Source of the DNA: Ruminococcaceae bacterium UBA5891 | Lineage (GTDB): Bacteria > Bacillota > Clostridia > Oscillospirales > Acutalibacteraceae | NCBI GenBank assembly: GCA_002431945.1 | Contig: DJET01000048.1 | Span: forward strand, 446-64,445 | Length of the DNA stretch: 64,000 bases | Reading direction: 5' to 3' | In this document: piece by piece, positions 18,824-28,905 of the stretch | How the letters are laid out: every line of letters begins with the position of its first letter | How positions within the stretch are numbered: position 1 is the first letter of the stretch | Notes under the pieces: model-generated | What the model saw: the letters and a program-made list of their open reading frames with translations, nothing else | What the model was told of the DNA's origin: nothing | The model's database searches: none | Position numbers and translations under genes: made by a program

Positions 18824-21800
18824 TTATTTTAGCTTTACCTTGCCGTTTACCGCCAAAAGCAATACCGCAAGGTCATCAACGTCAATACCGGTTTTTCCGT
18901 TAACATTTGCCGCATACTCGCCGTAAACGTCAAGCCCTGCTTTTGTGCAAAGGTAATTTGCAAGTCTTTGTACGTCTTCCGTATTCACAGCCAGATTGCC
19001 GTCCGTATCGCCCAACATATACAGCGATACTCTGTGCTTGGTTTCAAAACCGTTCATAAGCGCAAACTGCATATCAATAGTAAGCGGTACGCTGTAATCC
19101 GTAATCTCGGTATTGCCCTTAAATACACGGATATATTCGTTGTGATCCAGCTTTTCAAGAACGGACTTAACCGTTTGGCCCAAGGTATAACCGATCATAA
19201 CATCACCGCTGACGGTAAATGTATCCGATGTAATTCTGTCGGGGAAATCATCAATTTCGTTAAGCGTCTTACCGTCGGAGGTTTTGAAGAGCTTGATGTT
19301 GTCAACATATGCCTCTCCTCCGCCGTCATATACGAAGAAGCCGACGCGCTTATAATCGCTTGTATTAAAGCTGAATGACGCTCTGGTCCATTTTGAATCT
19401 TCAGCAATATCTTCATCGCTGAACTCATACATTAAAATCTTATCCGGATGCCAGTAATTACCGTTGATCATACCGAAACCGCCGTTTCCTGCCTTAAGAA
19501 TACTGTATTCGGCAGTAAATGTATATTCGGTATTAGGCTCAACCTCGATCCACTTAATTAAGTATGTTTTCTTCGGATTACCGGTATATTTAAGGTTTGC
19601 GGTATAATGCATCGCTTTTCCTCTTGTGGTGCCGGTATTTTCGATTTGCGCGGTATAACCGTATGAACCTGCAGACTCCCAGAAGGAAATATCATCGTCT
19701 GAGAAATCACCGTTTTCAATAAGATTCTTGTTATCGTCACAGTCAAGCTTTTCAGGAGCGCTTGATGTAACGGTAACGCTTTTCATATCTCTTAAAGGAG
19801 GATTGTAAAGCTTTGCGTCGGTGCTCTCAAACAGGTACATATCGTCTACAAACAAAGACGAGCTTGCACCCTTAAAGCCGATACCGATCCTTTTGGCGTT
19901 TCCGCTGTTAAAGTTAAACCTTACAATATGGTATGCGTCGTCGCTGCTTACAAATAAGCCGTGAACCTCATAGTTGCGATTTGAAGTTTTAATGAACTCG
20001 CTGTTATACGGATCGACAATGCCAAAGCGGATATCGTTTTTATTTACCGAGTCTCTTTGTTCGGCTCTGGCAAAAACGGTAAAGTAATAATCCGTATTCG
20101 GTTTAACGTCAATATACATTATGTTCATTGTGGGCTTGGCAACATTCTGCGTTTTGAAATGTAAAGCCTTTTTGCCCGTATGCGCCTTATCGGTGGTAAC
20201 AGTAATATCCCCCGAACCCATAAGTGTGCTTTGATTCCAGTTGCCGTCTTCCTCAAAGCCGCCGTTGGTAATCAGGTTATCCGCATCATCGCAGATATAA
20301 GCTATACTCCAGGCGGTGCCTCTGTCTTCAAAACGTCTGTAACCACTTATCATATACGGAGCTACATAATCTCCGTTAAATTCCGTATCGGATTTATATT
20401 TCGGGTATAACAACGTAGTACCGCTCAGAATAGCGCCGCCGAATCTTTGAGAAAGCTTTTTGTCGATAGTCCACTCAACAAACTCGTCGTCAGGCAGGTC
20501 AGAAGCGTTCGGAATATTTGCTTCGGCTCCTACAGCGCCCGATATTCCCGTGTACTTTCCGTCGTTGTTCTTGTATATTATAAAACCGTCGTTTTCATTT
20601 ATAACCTCATTAACGGTTAAATCGTCTATATACATTTCAAAGCTGTTGCCTGCAGACTGTACGTAGAAGCAAAGATATTTATAGCTGTTGTCAACTACCG
20701 TGCCGGTATCGATTACCGTGCTGTACGTCGTCCACTCGGTATTGCCGGTAATTCCCGTAAGCGGTGCGGAACCGTTAAGACTCTTTTTGGCAGGATTTTC
20801 ACCGCCGTAAAAATTCCAGTTTGAAGCGTTGTTCCCAGCCATCAAATAGGGCTTGTTCGGTCTGCCGTTTAATTTATATTTAAATGTAACGGTATACTTT
20901 GTTTCAGGTCTTAACACAATATTATTAAAGCGTATCGGGAACTGAGCATATGCCGTACTTCCTGAAAATTTAACACTCTTGTTTTTGTATCCGTTTGCAA
21001 CAGATATACCGTCAAGAGCATAATGTATAGGATCGTTATCATTTTCAAAATCCTCTACAAAAAGCTCGTTTTGTTTAGCGCCGTATTCTGCGTAAAGCAG
21101 CGTTGTGCCTTCGGTGAACTTTCCGCCGAATTCCTGCGTTAAGCCTTTATCGGCATACCACTTTAAGAACTGCTTGCCGTCGGCGGAATCGGGACCGTTC
21201 GGTACGTTCGCGTCGGTGCCTACCGCGCCCGCTATCGCCTCGTAATCGCCGTCGCTGTTCTTATATATAACAACTCCGTCGGTATCGTTTGCGGTTTCAT
21301 AAACAGTAAAATCGTCTAAATACATTTCAAAGCTGTTACTGCCCGACTGCACGTAAAAGCAAAGGTATTTATAGCTGTCGTTTACAACAGTGCCGGTATC
21401 GATTACCGTGCTGTATGTCGTCCACTCGCTGTTGCCGGTAATTCCCGTAAGCGGCGTGGAACCGTTAAGGCTTTTTGCGGCAGGATTTTCGCCGCCGTAA
21501 AAATTCCAGTTTGAAGCGTTGTTCCCCGCCATTAAATAGGGCTTATTCGGTCTGCCGCTTAATTTATACTTAAAGGAAACGGCATACTTTGTGTTAGGCT
21601 TTAGCTCTATGTTATTAAGGCGAACCGGAAACTGAGCATACATTCCGCCCGTGTATTTAAGGGCGCTGTCCTCTTCAGTGCTTGTAACGGATATTCCGTC
21701 AAGAGCATAGTGTACGGGGTTCTCTCCCCCGAAGTCCTCTACAAAAAGGTCGTTTTGCTTAACGCCGTATTTTGCATAAAGCAACGTTGTGCCTTCGGTG

Positions 21801-23230
21801 AACTTTCCGCCGAATTCCTGCGTTAAGCCTTTATCGGTATACCACTTTAAGAACTGCTTGCCATCTGCGGAATCAGGTCCGTTCGGTACGTTCGCGTCGG
21901 TACCTACCGCGCCGGTTACCGCAGCATAATTACCCTCGCTGTTCTTATATATCACAACTCCGTCCGCTTCGTTTTCCACACGGCAAACCGTGAAATCGTC
22001 CAAATACATTTCAAAGCTGCTTCCGGCAGACTGTATGTAGAAGCAAAGGTATTTATAGCTGTCGTTTACAACAGTGCCCGTGTCGATTACCGTGCTGTAT
22101 GTCGTCCACTCGCTGTTGCCGGTAATTCCCGTAAGCGGTGTCGAACCGTTAAGGCTCTTTGCGGCAGGATTTTCGCCGCCGTAAAAATTCCAGTTTGAAG
22201 CGTTGTTTCCCGCCATCAAATAGGGCTTATTCGGTTTACCGCTTAATTTATATTTAAAAGAAACGGCATACTTGGTGTTGGGCTTTAGCTCTATGTTATT
22301 AAGGCGAACCGGAAACTGGGCATACATTCCGCCCGTATATTTAAGAACATTGCCCTCTTCCGAGTCTGTAACGGATATTCCGTCAAGAACATAATGTACG
22401 GGGTTATTTCCCTCAAAGTCCTCAACAAAAATCTCGTCACGTTTAGCGCCGTACTCTGCGTAAAGCAGCGTTGTGCCCTCGGTGAACTTTCCGCCGAATT
22501 CCTGCGTTAAGCCCTTATCGGTATACCACTTTAAGAACTGCTTGCCGTCGGCGGAATCGGGACCGTTCGGTACGTTAGCGTCTGCCCCTACCGCACCTGC
22601 TATTGCCGCATAATCGCCGTTGCTGCTCTTATATATAACAACTCCGTCGGTATCGTTTGCGGTTTCATAAACAGTAAAATCGTCTAAATACATTTCAAAG
22701 CTGCTGCCGGCAGACTGTATGTAGAAGCAAAGGTATTTATAGCTGTCGTTTACAACGGTGCCGGTATCGATTACCGTGCTGTATGTCGTCCACTCGCTGT
22801 TGCCGGTAATTCCCGTAAGCGGTGTCGAACCGTTAAGGCTTTTTGCGGCAGGATTTTCGCCGCCGTAAAAATTCCAGTTTGAAGCGTTGTTCCCCGCCAT
22901 CAAATAGGGCTTATTCGGTCTGCCGTTTAATTTATACTTAAAGGAAACGGCATACTTTGTGTTGGGCTTTAGCTCTATGTTATTAAGGCGAACCGGAAAC
23001 TGAGCATACATTCCGCCCGTGTATTTAAGGGCGCTGTCCTCTTCCGTGCTTGTAACGGATATTCCGTCAAGAACATAATGTACGGGGTTATTTCCCTCAA
23101 AATCTTCTACCTGCACATCATTTGAGGCCGCAAAGGCATTAAATCTGCCGCCCGAAACAGCTCCGGAGCAAACCGAACTGATTAAAACAGAAAGAGCGCA
23201 AAAAATACCGGCAATTCTTTTGATTTTCAT
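18824..23230 (-). CDS. Secreted multi-modular carbohydrate-binding protein with C-terminal dockerin
   Basis: 1468-aa ORF with signal peptide. It has four ~228-aa units, each a CBM-like module plus a Listeria/Bacteroides-type repeat (FLKWYTDKGLTQEFGGKFTEGTTLLYAEY). Two further CBM4_9-like modules follow (NLITNGGFEEDGNW, NLIENGDFSDDDISFW). The C-terminus carries duplicated dockerin Ca-loops (GDTDGNLAVNTEDV... / ANVNGKTGIDVDDL...). Confidence 0.75.
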   Translation of the reverse strand: MKIKRIAGIFCALSVLISSVCSGAVSGGRFNAFAASNDVQVEDFEGNNPVHYVLDGISVTSTEEDSALKYTGGMYAQFPVRLNNIELKPNTKYAVSFKYKLNGRPNKPYLMAGNNASNWNFYGGENPAAKSLNGSTPLTGITGNSEWTTYSTVIDTGTVVNDSYKYLCFYIQSAGSSFEMYLDDFTVYETANDTDGVVIYKSSNGDYAAIAGAVGADANVPNGPDSADGKQFLKWYTDKGLTQEFGGKFTEGTTLLYAEYGAKRDEIFVEDFEGNNPVHYVLDGISVTDSEEGNVLKYTGGMYAQFPVRLNNIELKPNTKYAVSFKYKLSGKPNKPYLMAGNNASNWNFYGGENPAAKSLNGSTPLTGITGNSEWTTYSTVIDTGTVVNDSYKYLCFYIQSAGSSFEMYLDDFTVCRVENEADGVVIYKNSEGNYAAVTGAVGTDANVPNGPDSADGKQFLKWYTDKGLTQEFGGKFTEGTTLLYAKYGVKQNDLFVEDFGGENPVHYALDGISVTSTEEDSALKYTGGMYAQFPVRLNNIELKPNTKYAVSFKYKLSGRPNKPYLMAGNNASNWNFYGGENPAAKSLNGSTPLTGITGNSEWTTYSTVIDTGTVVNDSYKYLCFYVQSGSNSFEMYLDDFTVYETANDTDGVVIYKNSDGDYEAIAGAVGTDANVPNGPDSADGKQFLKWYADKGLTQEFGGKFTEGTTLLYAEYGAKQNELFVEDFENDNDPIHYALDGISVANGYKNKSVKFSGSTAYAQFPIRFNNIVLRPETKYTVTFKYKLNGRPNKPYLMAGNNASNWNFYGGENPAKKSLNGSAPLTGITGNTEWTTYSTVIDTGTVVDNSYKYLCFYVQSAGNSFEMYIDDLTVNEVINENDGFIIYKNNDGKYTGISGAVGAEANIPNASDLPDDEFVEWTIDKKLSQRFGGAILSGTTLLYPKYKSDTEFNGDYVAPYMISGYRRFEDRGTAWSIAYICDDADNLITNGGFEEDGNWNQSTLMGSGDITVTTDKAHTGKKALHFKTQNVAKPTMNIMYIDVKPNTDYYFTVFARAEQRDSVNKNDIRFGIVDPYNSEFIKTSNRNYEVHGLFVSSDDAYHIVRFNFNSGNAKRIGIGFKGASSSLFVDDMYLFESTDAKLYNPPLRDMKSVTVTSSAPEKLDCDDNKNLIENGDFSDDDISFWESAGSYGYTAQIENTGTTRGKAMHYTANLKYTGNPKKTYLIKWIEVEPNTEYTFTAEYSILKAGNGGFGMINGNYWHPDKILMYEFSDEDIAEDSKWTRASFSFNTSDYKRVGFFVYDGGGEAYVDNIKLFKTSDGKTLNEIDDFPDRITSDTFTVSGDVMIGYTLGQTVKSVLEKLDHNEYIRVFKGNTEITDYSVPLTIDMQFALMNGFETKHRVSLYMLGDTDGNLAVNTEDVQRLANYLCTKAGLDVYGEYAANVNGKTGIDVDDLAVLLLAVNGKVKLK
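20377..23112 (-). repeat. Four tandem in-frame coding repeats, period 684 bp
   Basis: Landmark strings recur at exact 684-bp offsets (23094, 22410, ~21726, ~21042). Units 1-3 are near-identical at nucleotide level and unit 4 is more diverged. Confidence 0.9.
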
Positions 23231-23244
23231 TTTATCACCTCAAT

Positions 23245-25194
23245 TTAACGTAATTCTGTGATTGAGAAATCGTCGTAGTATGCTGTCATTGAATTTTTAT
23301 TACCTGTGCAAGCCTGCAATCTTACCTTTGAGTCCTCCGAATCCGTAACAATGGTAAAGGTTCGTTCTACCCAGCCCTCGCCGACAAGATTTTGTCCCGA
23401 ATACTGCACGGTTAAATTCTGCCACTTATTCTCGCTGTTTAAGCGGCTGCAGCGTATAAAGGAATTATCGCCCTCGCCGTTGTAGGTATAGCTGTCAAAC
23501 TTGATCTTGTAGCTAATTCGGTAATTCTTGTTAGGTTCAACGTCTACCACCTGATAGAAAGCGCCGTAATTTGACGCGTCGTTACCGTTGATAGTATCTA
23601 TTTTTGCAGACTTATTTCCGGTTGCGGCCTGTTCGTCAGTAACTCCGCCGACCTCAAAGGTCCAATTTTCTGCGCCGTCCTCAAAGCTGCTGTTTTTAAC
23701 AAGGTTTTGGGGTATAAACAGCTCTGCGGCGTTGTTCGCAGTGCCCACGCTGCTTCTTCCGTTTGCGTCGTAGCCGGTAACACGATAGCAGTAGGGTATT
23801 CCGGTAGGTACGGTAGTATCGGTATATTTAATAAGACCGTTATCTATACTGTATTCATTGATACCCAAATCATCTGCAACTGTTTTCCATGTGGCGCCGC
23901 CGTCATCCGAGCGCTCTAATTTGAATTTTTCTATGTTTCTTCCGGGTATCCAGAATACCTCGTTGCTTCCCTTATTTGCCAGCAGCACCGGCGCGTCAAG
24001 CACATCGGTAAGGCCCCTGTATTCATTTATGCCGTCATTGATAACATAGCGGAATTCCGGCGCCCAAATATGCATGGTTTCATAATCGGTTGTGTTACCC
24101 GTAAACATAACAAAGTTTTTACCGCCGTCGTAAGCGCCGCCGTATTTGAAGTAAAATGCTCCGAGCCAGCCGCCTTCTTTGGCTGTAACGATAAACTTTT
24201 GCTTAATTCTGCCCCAATAGGGTGTGGAAAAATCCGTTCCGTCGGAATCCTCGCCGATATTATATTCGCCGATATATCCCGGTCTGCCCTTGTAATGCTC
24301 TGCGATATTGCCGGTAGAACCGCCCGAATGATAAATATTATTGCCGATCAAATCAACCTTGGTATCGTTTAAGCGGTATTCCTTTTCGGTTCCGCCGCCC
24401 TCCTCGGTAGAGGTCAGCATATTAGGCATCTTTGCCTTTATTCTGTCGTGGAAAGCATTTAACCATTCGGAATAATGCTCCCATGTAGTACCAAAGCAAT
24501 CGCCCTGCATATCTCCGCGCTCAGGGTCGTTAACATAGGTTGTGGAATTTTCAACCGTTAATCCGCAGCAGATTACAACGTCCTGATATTCCGCTATAAT
24601 ATCCGCTATCGGATCAATAACATTATCAAAATACATTTCCCTTGCCGTATCGTTCCAGAGGTAGCTCGTATATTTTTCCCAAGAAACCGATCTCGGCTCC
24701 GAGGCGCATTCCGGTATACCGTGGGGCTGAATAGACGGAACAAGATACATTCCCAGATCGCGGCATAATTCAAGCAGATCTCTTAAATTTGTTTTAAACT
24801 GGTCGTCTAATTTTACGCAATATCCGTTTTCATCAAAATGAATACCCTGCATATCGGTCAACAGCCAATAATTTATGGCGTTAAAGCCCAAGGCCTTAAT
24901 ATTGTAAATATCAATATATGCCATATAATGGTTATATGTAGCCGATTTATTTGAAATAAAATTCGGTCCTAAGCTGTGCTCGTCAAAATCCACCATGCCT
25001 ACATAATTATAGTCGCAGCCGTAAACAAAGCCGTCGCGGTCTAAAAGATATTCCCAAGAGTTTTTAAAGCCCGCTTTCTCAAAGTCCCATTGCAATGCCG
25101 ACGTCTTGTTTATAACGGAAGTTGCTGTCACTGAACCCACAAGCAATGCCACTGCTGTTACGATTGCAGTAATTTTTGATCTGACTGCTTTCAT
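23245..25194 (-). CDS. Secreted glycoside hydrolase (TIM-barrel, clan GH-A/GH5-like) with Fn3-like and CBM-like C-terminal modules
   Basis: 649-aa ORF with signal peptide. The N-terminal ~400 aa looks like a (beta/alpha)8 hydrolase (GFNAINYWLL, CCGLTVENS). An Fn3-like segment follows (ERSDDGGATWKTV), then a CBM4_9-like start (NLVKNSSFEDGAENW). The exact GH family was not determined. Confidence 0.5.
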   Translation of the reverse strand: MKAVRSKITAIVTAVALLVGSVTATSVINKTSALQWDFEKAGFKNSWEYLLDRDGFVYGCDYNYVGMVDFDEHSLGPNFISNKSATYNHYMAYIDIYNIKALGFNAINYWLLTDMQGIHFDENGYCVKLDDQFKTNLRDLLELCRDLGMYLVPSIQPHGIPECASEPRSVSWEKYTSYLWNDTAREMYFDNVIDPIADIIAEYQDVVICCGLTVENSTTYVNDPERGDMQGDCFGTTWEHYSEWLNAFHDRIKAKMPNMLTSTEEGGGTEKEYRLNDTKVDLIGNNIYHSGGSTGNIAEHYKGRPGYIGEYNIGEDSDGTDFSTPYWGRIKQKFIVTAKEGGWLGAFYFKYGGAYDGGKNFVMFTGNTTDYETMHIWAPEFRYVINDGINEYRGLTDVLDAPVLLANKGSNEVFWIPGRNIEKFKLERSDDGGATWKTVADDLGINEYSIDNGLIKYTDTTVPTGIPYCYRVTGYDANGRSSVGTANNAAELFIPQNLVKNSSFEDGAENWTFEVGGVTDEQAATGNKSAKIDTINGNDASNYGAFYQVVDVEPNKNYRISYKIKFDSYTYNGEGDNSFIRCSRLNSENKWQNLTVQYSGQNLVGEGWVERTFTIVTDSEDSKVRLQACTGNKNSMTAYYDDFSITELR

Positions 25195-25234
25195 CGCTCT
25201 TCTCCTTTAATAGTTTTTTTCTGACTGTAAACGC

Positions 25235-26746
25235 CTATCCCCATTTTTTTATCTTAGAAATATTCTTATCAAGTACGCCCGACCATTTTTCAAGAACGGT
25301 CTTAACGTTGTTTGAGCCGCACTCGCTGAGCTCATTGAACATTTGACCTGCGGTATAGTTGCCGCCGTAAGCGACAATACCCTTGTAATTCATAAATGAT
25401 TTTTCCTGCTCCCACATCCAGCTGGTGAAGCTAAGCAGGCCGTCTGCTTTGTCCGACCAAAGAGGAGCGTCTGTGGGATCATATGCAGAATCAAGCCAAT
25501 AACGCAGCCAGTAGCCTGCCGCCTCGGCGTTCTTTGCTCCCTTGGGGAAGCCCCAAAGCTTTGCCTCGCCCGGAAGAACCACGTTACTGCCCTTAGGCGA
25601 AGGAGTGGGCGCAAAGCCCCAATTAAATTTAACGTTTTTATCAAAAACATCGCCGCGCTGGGCTACGTAATTTCCTGTAAGAAGCATCGGCACATCGCCC
25701 GAATAGAAGCCGCCGTAGCTTTCGCTGCCTAAAACCTTATGCTCGAATTTAAGCGTATTAAGGAACTGCCAGCCCTTTAAAACCTTATTATATGCCGTAC
25801 TGTTTTTCGGATCTGCATTATTTATAATTCCGCCGTTGCCGTCATATTCAATGGCGTCTGCTCCGGCTGAATTTGAAAGGAAATTCAAACCGTAGTCACC
25901 CGATAAGGGAGTTTTAATGCCTTTATCCTGTTTGAGCGTAAGACAGGTTTGAACAAGTGTTTCCCAATTCCAGTTGCCCTCCTGCCAAAGCTGATACGGA
26001 TCCTTAACGCCTAACTTTTTAAACAGATCCTTATTAAAAAACACGGGATAAAAGGTTACCATTGTGGAAGACTTGATCATTGCACCGTAATACTTGCCGT
26101 TCCATTTATACTGATTCATAGTATTAAGGTCGTATATCTTATCATCAAGGTTAAGCTTACCTGCGTCTAAGGTCTGGAAATAATCGTTTGTAATACTGGT
26201 GGGGAAATCGGTCATTGCCATAGGCGCCAAATCGGGCGAATTGCCCTGACCTATCATAGAGGCAAGCTTGGTTGTATGCTTATCAACGCCGCTTACGATC
26301 CACTTAATTTCAATTCCGGTTTCTTTTTTGAAAATTTCCGCCTTGCGTTTTTCGGTTGTACCGGGGTTCCACCAAATAAGATGCTTAACGGTTGTGCCCT
26401 TTAACGATTTCGGAACAGACTCAAGGAAGCTCTTGGTTGCCTCTTCATCTATTTCGTGATTGTCCTCAGGCTTATAAACAGAGTCTCCCGATGTAGACTT
26501 TCCGCCGCCGGAGCCGCTGCCCGAATTTAAAATTCCGTTGCTTTTGCCTCCATTACCGCCGCTGCCGCCGCCTGAACTGCCGTCGGCAATAACATCCTCG
26601 TCGTCAGAATCCACAGCGTTCTGAATCAGGTCGTCGCCTGTCGAATCAACCGATTCGGTGCTTGATTTGGAACAGCCCGAAAATACTGCCGTCACCATTA
26701 AAAGCACCATTAAAATTGCCGTAATTTTCTGTAATGCGGTTTTCAT
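25235..26746 (-). CDS. ABC transporter substrate-binding lipoprotein (sugar SBP)
   Basis: Signal peptide plus lipobox FSGCSK, a Gly/Ser-rich linker, then a family-1 SBP-like body. Start set at ATG 26746 (MKTALQK), after RBS GGGAGGA. First gene of the long minus-strand train. Confidence 0.8.
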   Translation of the reverse strand: MKTALQKITAILMVLLMVTAVFSGCSKSSTESVDSTGDDLIQNAVDSDDEDVIADGSSGGGSGGNGGKSNGILNSGSGSGGGKSTSGDSVYKPEDNHEIDEEATKSFLESVPKSLKGTTVKHLIWWNPGTTEKRKAEIFKKETGIEIKWIVSGVDKHTTKLASMIGQGNSPDLAPMAMTDFPTSITNDYFQTLDAGKLNLDDKIYDLNTMNQYKWNGKYYGAMIKSSTMVTFYPVFFNKDLFKKLGVKDPYQLWQEGNWNWETLVQTCLTLKQDKGIKTPLSGDYGLNFLSNSAGADAIEYDGNGGIINNADPKNSTAYNKVLKGWQFLNTLKFEHKVLGSESYGGFYSGDVPMLLTGNYVAQRGDVFDKNVKFNWGFAPTPSPKGSNVVLPGEAKLWGFPKGAKNAEAAGYWLRYWLDSAYDPTDAPLWSDKADGLLSFTSWMWEQEKSFMNYKGIVAYGGNYTAGQMFNELSECGSNNVKTVLEKWSGVLDKNISKIKKWG

Positions 26747-27118
26747 TTTTATTCCTCCCATTTATATGATAGTAGTTTTTTAAGTTCCTCTTCAAGAACC
26801 GTATTATACCGTTTGAGAATACGCACGTTATCCTGTCCTTAATTATGACGGTTAAAAAAAGACTGCAATTACATATCTCCACGGTATCGCCGTTAAGTCG
26901 GAGCCTTAACGGAGCATTAAGAATTTCCGCACCGTCTGTATTTTAATTGTAAATCTTACAGCTTTAAAAAACAATATGCGATAAGTATTATTTATGGATA
27001 AAACAATCAACTTTTTTAAGTTTTGCTGTTTTTGCCTTTTTAAACAGATTTTTAATATTATAAAATTTTAATTAAATTCAAAAAAATGTATTAAGAAATT
27101 TAATATTAAAATCATTTG

Positions 27119-27147
27119 TTGACATTTGATTTTATCTATTATATACT
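27119..27147 (+). promoter_or_regulatory. Candidate sigma-A promoter for the AraC-family gene
   Basis: TTGACA (27119-27124), a 17-nt spacer, then TATACT (27142-27147). It lies ~70 nt upstream of the start codon. Confidence 0.5.
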
Positions 27148-27217
27148 AAACATTAAGATACACCGCAAAAAACCGTCAATATGCTTTTTTATTAAAAAAG
27201 GAGGATAAAATTACCAT

Positions 27218-28084
27218 ATGTCCATTTTTAAACGCGCAATATATTCAGACGACGATATCTGCTCTCCTCTGCCGTTTTCCGTTAACAATGTAGGGTATAC
27301 GTTAATTGATAATTATAAATCCGTAACTAACCGTCCGGGCGGCAGAAACGATTACCAAATCATATATATAAAAAGAGGCGTAGGCCATTTCCAGTTCGGT
27401 GAAGGGCAGGTCATTGCGGTTCCTCAGAACAACATTGTGTTTTACAAACCTCATCAGCCCCAGATATATACATATTATCCGCAGGATAACACCGAATCGT
27501 ATTGGATACATTTCAGCGGAACCGAAGCGGAAGCATTTTTAAAAAGCCTTAATTTGGATAAGGTAAAGCAGCTGCCGTTTTCCGACAGCTATTCCTTTGT
27601 AAGCACCGTTAACAAAATAACAAATGAAATGCGCTTTCAGCGCGCGCATTATAACACCGTGTGCGTAGCGGAGCTTACAAAGCTGCTGGTTCTTATAAAC
27701 AGGGAAAGCGCCTCAAAGAAAAACAAGACTAATCAAACAGACGCTATACAGCATATATGCCGCGATATTGAGGATAATTATTTTTTAGATATTTCAAACA
27801 GCGAATATGCGGATAAGTACAATATGTCGGTTTCAAATTTTTTAAGACTGTTTAAAAAAAGCACCGGCACCACGCCGCTGCATTATAAGCTTACCCTTCG
27901 TATTCAAATGGCTGAAAACCTGCTTGTTGCGTCAGATTACTCAATTTCTCAAATAGCGCAGATCGTAGGCTTTACCGACAAGCTGTATTTCAGCCGCATT
28001 TTTAAAAAAATCAATTCTGTATCCCCTTCGGAATATCGTAAAAACGCGTTACTTAAAAGCATAAAAGGCTCATCAAACAGTTGA
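27218..28084 (+). CDS. AraC family transcriptional regulator
   Basis: 288-aa ORF. N-terminal cupin-like sensor region and a C-terminal double HTH (SNFLRLFKKSTGTTPLHYKLTLRI..., ISQIAQIVGFTDKLYFSRIFKK). Divergent from the glycan cluster. Confidence 0.85.
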   Translation: MSIFKRAIYSDDDICSPLPFSVNNVGYTLIDNYKSVTNRPGGRNDYQIIYIKRGVGHFQFGEGQVIAVPQNNIVFYKPHQPQIYTYYPQDNTESYWIHFSGTEAEAFLKSLNLDKVKQLPFSDSYSFVSTVNKITNEMRFQRAHYNTVCVAELTKLLVLINRESASKKNKTNQTDAIQHICRDIEDNYFLDISNSEYADKYNMSVSNFLRLFKKSTGTTPLHYKLTLRIQMAENLLVASDYSISQIAQIVGFTDKLYFSRIFKKINSVSPSEYRKNALLKSIKGSSNS

Positions 28085-28091
28085 TACCCGT

Positions 28092-28136
28092 AAAAAAGCG
28101 GAGGCTGTGACTTTGCTGTCACAGCCTCCGCTTTTA
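28092..28136. terminator. Bidirectional intrinsic terminator
   Basis: A 15-bp perfect stem pairs AGCGGAGGCTGTGAC (28097-28111) with GTCACAGCCTCCGCT (28118-28132). It is flanked by an A-run and a T-run, between convergent genes. Confidence 0.85.
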
Positions 28137-28155
28137 TAGATATAAAATGAATATA

Positions 28156-28821
28156 TTATTCAAAAATCTTAACGTCGCCGATCAATTTGATATTTCCGTT
28201 ATCCACAAGAACGGCGCCGGCTCCCTCCGCCGTTGCATAAACCCTTTTACCGCGTTCTTTGATTATTCTCTTAATTGACGCGTTTTGTATATCGCTGTTT
28301 CTGTAATGAACCTCCAAATAAAAATCCTTAAGATAAGGTATACCCTTGTAATAGTTAAATTCGGCGTAATCCTTATCGGGGGACATATGGTAATCCGCCA
28401 ATTGAATTACAGCGCCCGCACTTGACCCCATTGCAATGCCCTTATGATTAAGCAGCGCTTCATAAATACCGAATTCAACTATTCTGTCCTTCATTCTGTC
28501 CGGCAATCCGGCCGTGAAGAAAATAATATCGGAATTTGTGATTTTTTCAACAGCCGTTTCCTTTGTATCCGTAAAATAATTGATAAAGCTTATGTTTTCT
28601 TCGGGAATACCGTACACGGCAAAGCTGTCTACAATACTCGGATAAGCGGTGCTTTTTTCTTTACCGAATATCAATTCCCAATCCTCTGCGTTTTTTACCT
28701 GCGCGTCACGAAATGAAAACGCAACTACCGCAACCTTATGCTCCGGCTTAATATACTCCTTTAAATCGTCATAGATCCAGGGAGCGCCGAAGCCATAACC
28801 CTCATGCAAAATGTTAACCAT
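28156..28821 (-). CDS. Peptidase S51 (peptidase E / type-1 glutamine-amidotransferase-like) family protein
   Basis: 221-aa ORF with FFTAGLPDRM and MGSSAGA segments that resemble the S51 nucleophile region. Confidence 0.6.
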   Translation of the reverse strand: MVNILHEGYGFGAPWIYDDLKEYIKPEHKVAVVAFSFRDAQVKNAEDWELIFGKEKSTAYPSIVDSFAVYGIPEENISFINYFTDTKETAVEKITNSDIIFFTAGLPDRMKDRIVEFGIYEALLNHKGIAMGSSAGAVIQLADYHMSPDKDYAEFNYYKGIPYLKDFYLEVHYRNSDIQNASIKRIIKERGKRVYATAEGAGAVLVDNGNIKLIGDVKIFE

Positions 28822-28905
28822 TACAAAGCCCTACTTTCTTTAATAAATTTATTTTTATACTTAAACGGCTCTTTGAGCCGATAAAGATACAGCAAGGATA
28901 TATGC

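Noticed and set aside
20377-23112. Regularly spaced repeats that could suggest a CRISPR array or a satellite.
   Set aside because: The period is 684 bp, the repeats are contiguous without unique spacers, and they are in-frame inside a 1468-aa ORF. They are protein-domain repeats.
26890-26912. 8-bp hairpin CCGTTAAG...CTTAACGG in the AraC/SBP intergenic region, considered as an operator or terminator.
   Set aside because: It is short, has no U-tract and no second half-site pattern, so I cannot distinguish it from chance in an AT-rich 450-bp spacer.
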